Shown one piece after another: positions 16,151 through 17,520 of a stretch of 17,520 nt of DNA. The DNA lies in contig JAZAHK010000022.1 of NCBI GenBank assembly GCA_036231405.1, forward strand, positions 1-17,520. The letters run 5' to 3'. Position numbers and translations under genes: made by a program. The notes under the pieces were generated by a model. The model worked only from the letters and a program-made list of their open reading frames with translations. It did no database searches and had not been told where the DNA came from. How positions within the stretch are numbered: position 1 is the first letter of the stretch; each line of letters begins with the position of its first letter. Origin of the DNA: Nitrospinota bacterium (GTDB lineage: Bacteria > UBA8248).

Positions 16151-16180
16151 TATAACTATTTCTTTTTGTAGAATTTATGC

Positions 16181-17239
16181 CTATTTAGGCGCATTATTTT
16201 TCCACCAAGCCCCAAAGTTTGCTGGAGATGGTAAACCCAGCTGCGCTGGTGATTTTGCGTTTTTGATTTTCAATTTAGCAAAAGTAGCAGCTGTAGACAC
16301 CTCTACTTGGGCGGCCCGGCGATCGGCATCTTTGCCTAGACGGATATCAATATCAAAGTACTTCTTTTTTGCGATTTTAGCAAAAGCAGCAGATTTCACG
16401 CCTTTAACAAAAGCTTTTTGAATTTTTGCTTGTATTGCTTTTGGGACACTGCGGAGCATAGCAAGGTTGTAAATTCCAGAGAATGGCAATTGACTTTTGA
16501 TTTGCGGCAAGTGGTTGCCAACAGATTTTAGAACCGTTCCATTCTTAAGGGTGATATCTTTAGCGCCAGTTTGTTGCATGTTAATGAGTTTGCCGGCACG
16601 TATATGCTCTATATGTTCATGAACTCCCCCACCTGCGATCATGGACTCACCATTCAATCCGGCTAGTGTGGCATTTTTGCCACCTTTGTAAGGTAAATAT
16701 TTCAGTGTGACTCCAGCTGAAACAGCAACACTCGCAGCTAGTTCGTGCCAGAGGCCACCTGTTCCCGAGGTTGAAATACTAATTTTCCCAGGGTTAGCTC
16801 TTGCGGCCGCAATGATATCTTTAAAACTCTTGAATTTTGAGTCAGGACGAACAGACCAACTACCAAGTGAGTTAGCTGCTTGCATATATTGCCAATCCCG
16901 CCAAGCACGAGATTTGGTATGTCCCATAACGCTTGCGTATTTATTGTAATTAGCTGCTCCCAACAAAGTATAGCCATCAGCTTTCTTGCCAAGGACATAT
17001 TTTGTTGCTTTGCCACCTACATTGCCTGGTTTGTTGATTACGTTAATAGCCCAGCCAGTAGATTTTTTCATTTCGCCAACGATAGTGCGTAAAACAGTAT
17101 CTGTACCACCACCAGCTCCATACATCACAACAACTGTAATGGGACGTTCTGGCCACTCCGCCTTAGCGGATGTGGGTTGAAACGCCATAGCGACTACACT
17201 CATCGCTACCATAATTAATGCTAATTTGAAACTTTTCAT
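16181..17239 (-). CDS. tctC: Tripartite tricarboxylate transporter substrate-binding protein (TctC/Bug family), second copy
   Basis: Signal peptide ending AKA; WPERPITVVVMYGAGGGTD, NKPGNVG, ADGYTLL, NPGKISISTSGTGGLWH and YLPYKGG; GGGG(A) SD. Confidence 0.93.
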   Translation of the reverse strand: MKSFKLALIMVAMSVVAMAFQPTSAKAEWPERPITVVVMYGAGGGTDTVLRTIVGEMKKSTGWAINVINKPGNVGGKATKYVLGKKADGYTLLGAANYNKYASVMGHTKSRAWRDWQYMQAANSLGSWSVRPDSKFKSFKDIIAAARANPGKISISTSGTGGLWHELAASVAVSAGVTLKYLPYKGGKNATLAGLNGESMIAGGGVHEHIEHIRAGKLINMQQTGAKDITLKNGTVLKSVGNHLPQIKSQLPFSGIYNLAMLRSVPKAIQAKIQKAFVKGVKSAAFAKIAKKKYFDIDIRLGKDADRRAAQVEVSTAATFAKLKIKNAKSPAQLGLPSPANFGAWWKNNAPK

Positions 17240-17271
17240 TAGAAGTTCCCCTATAAAATAAAAAAAATCTG

Positions 17272-17312
17272 AGTATTTCAGAAATACTAATCTTGTGATG
17301 AAAAGAAGTCAA
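17272..17312 (-). promoter_or_regulatory. Sigma70-type promoter of tctCBA with an overlapping palindromic operator
   Basis: Minus strand TTGACT (17312-17307), 17 nt spacer, TAGTAT (17289-17284). The perfect palindrome AGTATTTC-N-GAAATACT (17272-17288) overlaps the -10 and the expected +1. Confidence 0.7.
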
Positions 17313-17520
17313 TGGATGTAATTAGCAATATGAAATGATCTGTATGGAAGGAGAGTTTTCTCGGATACAGAATTAAAATAATGATCATTCCAAGATGTGA
17401 GGAAGATTTTATGTCCGAAGGTGCTGAACCCAATTAATTTTAGGGCCTCAGAGAAGGGCAACGTCTAGAAGGACTTCTACCCGTTGACCCCCAGGGATGA
17501 TCCAGATTTTTGTTGGCGCT

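Noticed and set aside
12710-17180. Short overlapping ORFs (12710-13003, 15192-15389, 15794-16072, 16134-16421, 16707-16949, 16738-17016, 16880-17092, 16986-17180)
   Set aside because: These are shadow ORFs of the amidohydrolase and TTT genes.
17339-17371. CTGTAT...ATACAG resembling a LexA/SOS box
   Set aside because: The spacer is far longer than the CTGT-N8-ACAG consensus; at most a weak hairpin.
17395-17520. Possible gene or RNA at the right edge (GAGGA...ATG at 17411; more GC-rich tail)
   Set aside because: The ATG frame stops after 8 codons, no frame gives a recognisable protein, and no RNA family is evident; sequence beyond the window is needed.
1-17520. CRISPR array, defence system, integrase or transposase
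   Set aside because: No regularly spaced repeats and no cas, recombinase or transposase motifs were seen. The TIGR00725/SLOG protein sits in a housekeeping context without effector partners.

Overview
AT-rich (roughly 35-40% GC by eye) chromosomal segment from a diderm bacterium, in three blocks. (1) 1-8309 is a catabolic/uptake block: a 5'-truncated SDR oxidoreductase (+), a minus-strand run of a cytoplasmic BisC/DMSO-reductase-type molybdoenzyme, a crotonase-fold protein lacking both catalytic glutamates and a tripartite tricarboxylate transporter (order tctB-tctA-tctC), and a divergent FrsA/DHPON-hydrolase-like alpha/beta hydrolase. (2) 8382-11748 is a housekeeping-like block: TIGR00725/LOG-type protein, a LysM-M23 lipoprotein with a degenerate active site (NlpD-like), apt, two tandem paralogous unknown two-TM membrane proteins, a Rid-family protein and tRNA-Arg(CCT). 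(3) 11749-17520 looks accessory: att-like repeats right after the tRNA, gene fragments, a secreted adhesin-E-like protein, a lactonase-type amidohydrolase and a second TTT system (tctC-tctB-tctA) with a clear sigma70 promoter and an overlapping palindromic operator. The most striking observation is that the first unknown membrane protein (10084-10668) carries, between its two predicted TM helices, a segment closely resembling the N-terminal helices of the nucleoid protein HU; its tandem paralog lacks this segment. No CRISPR array, integrase or transposase is visible. All family calls come from motif recognition, not database searches.
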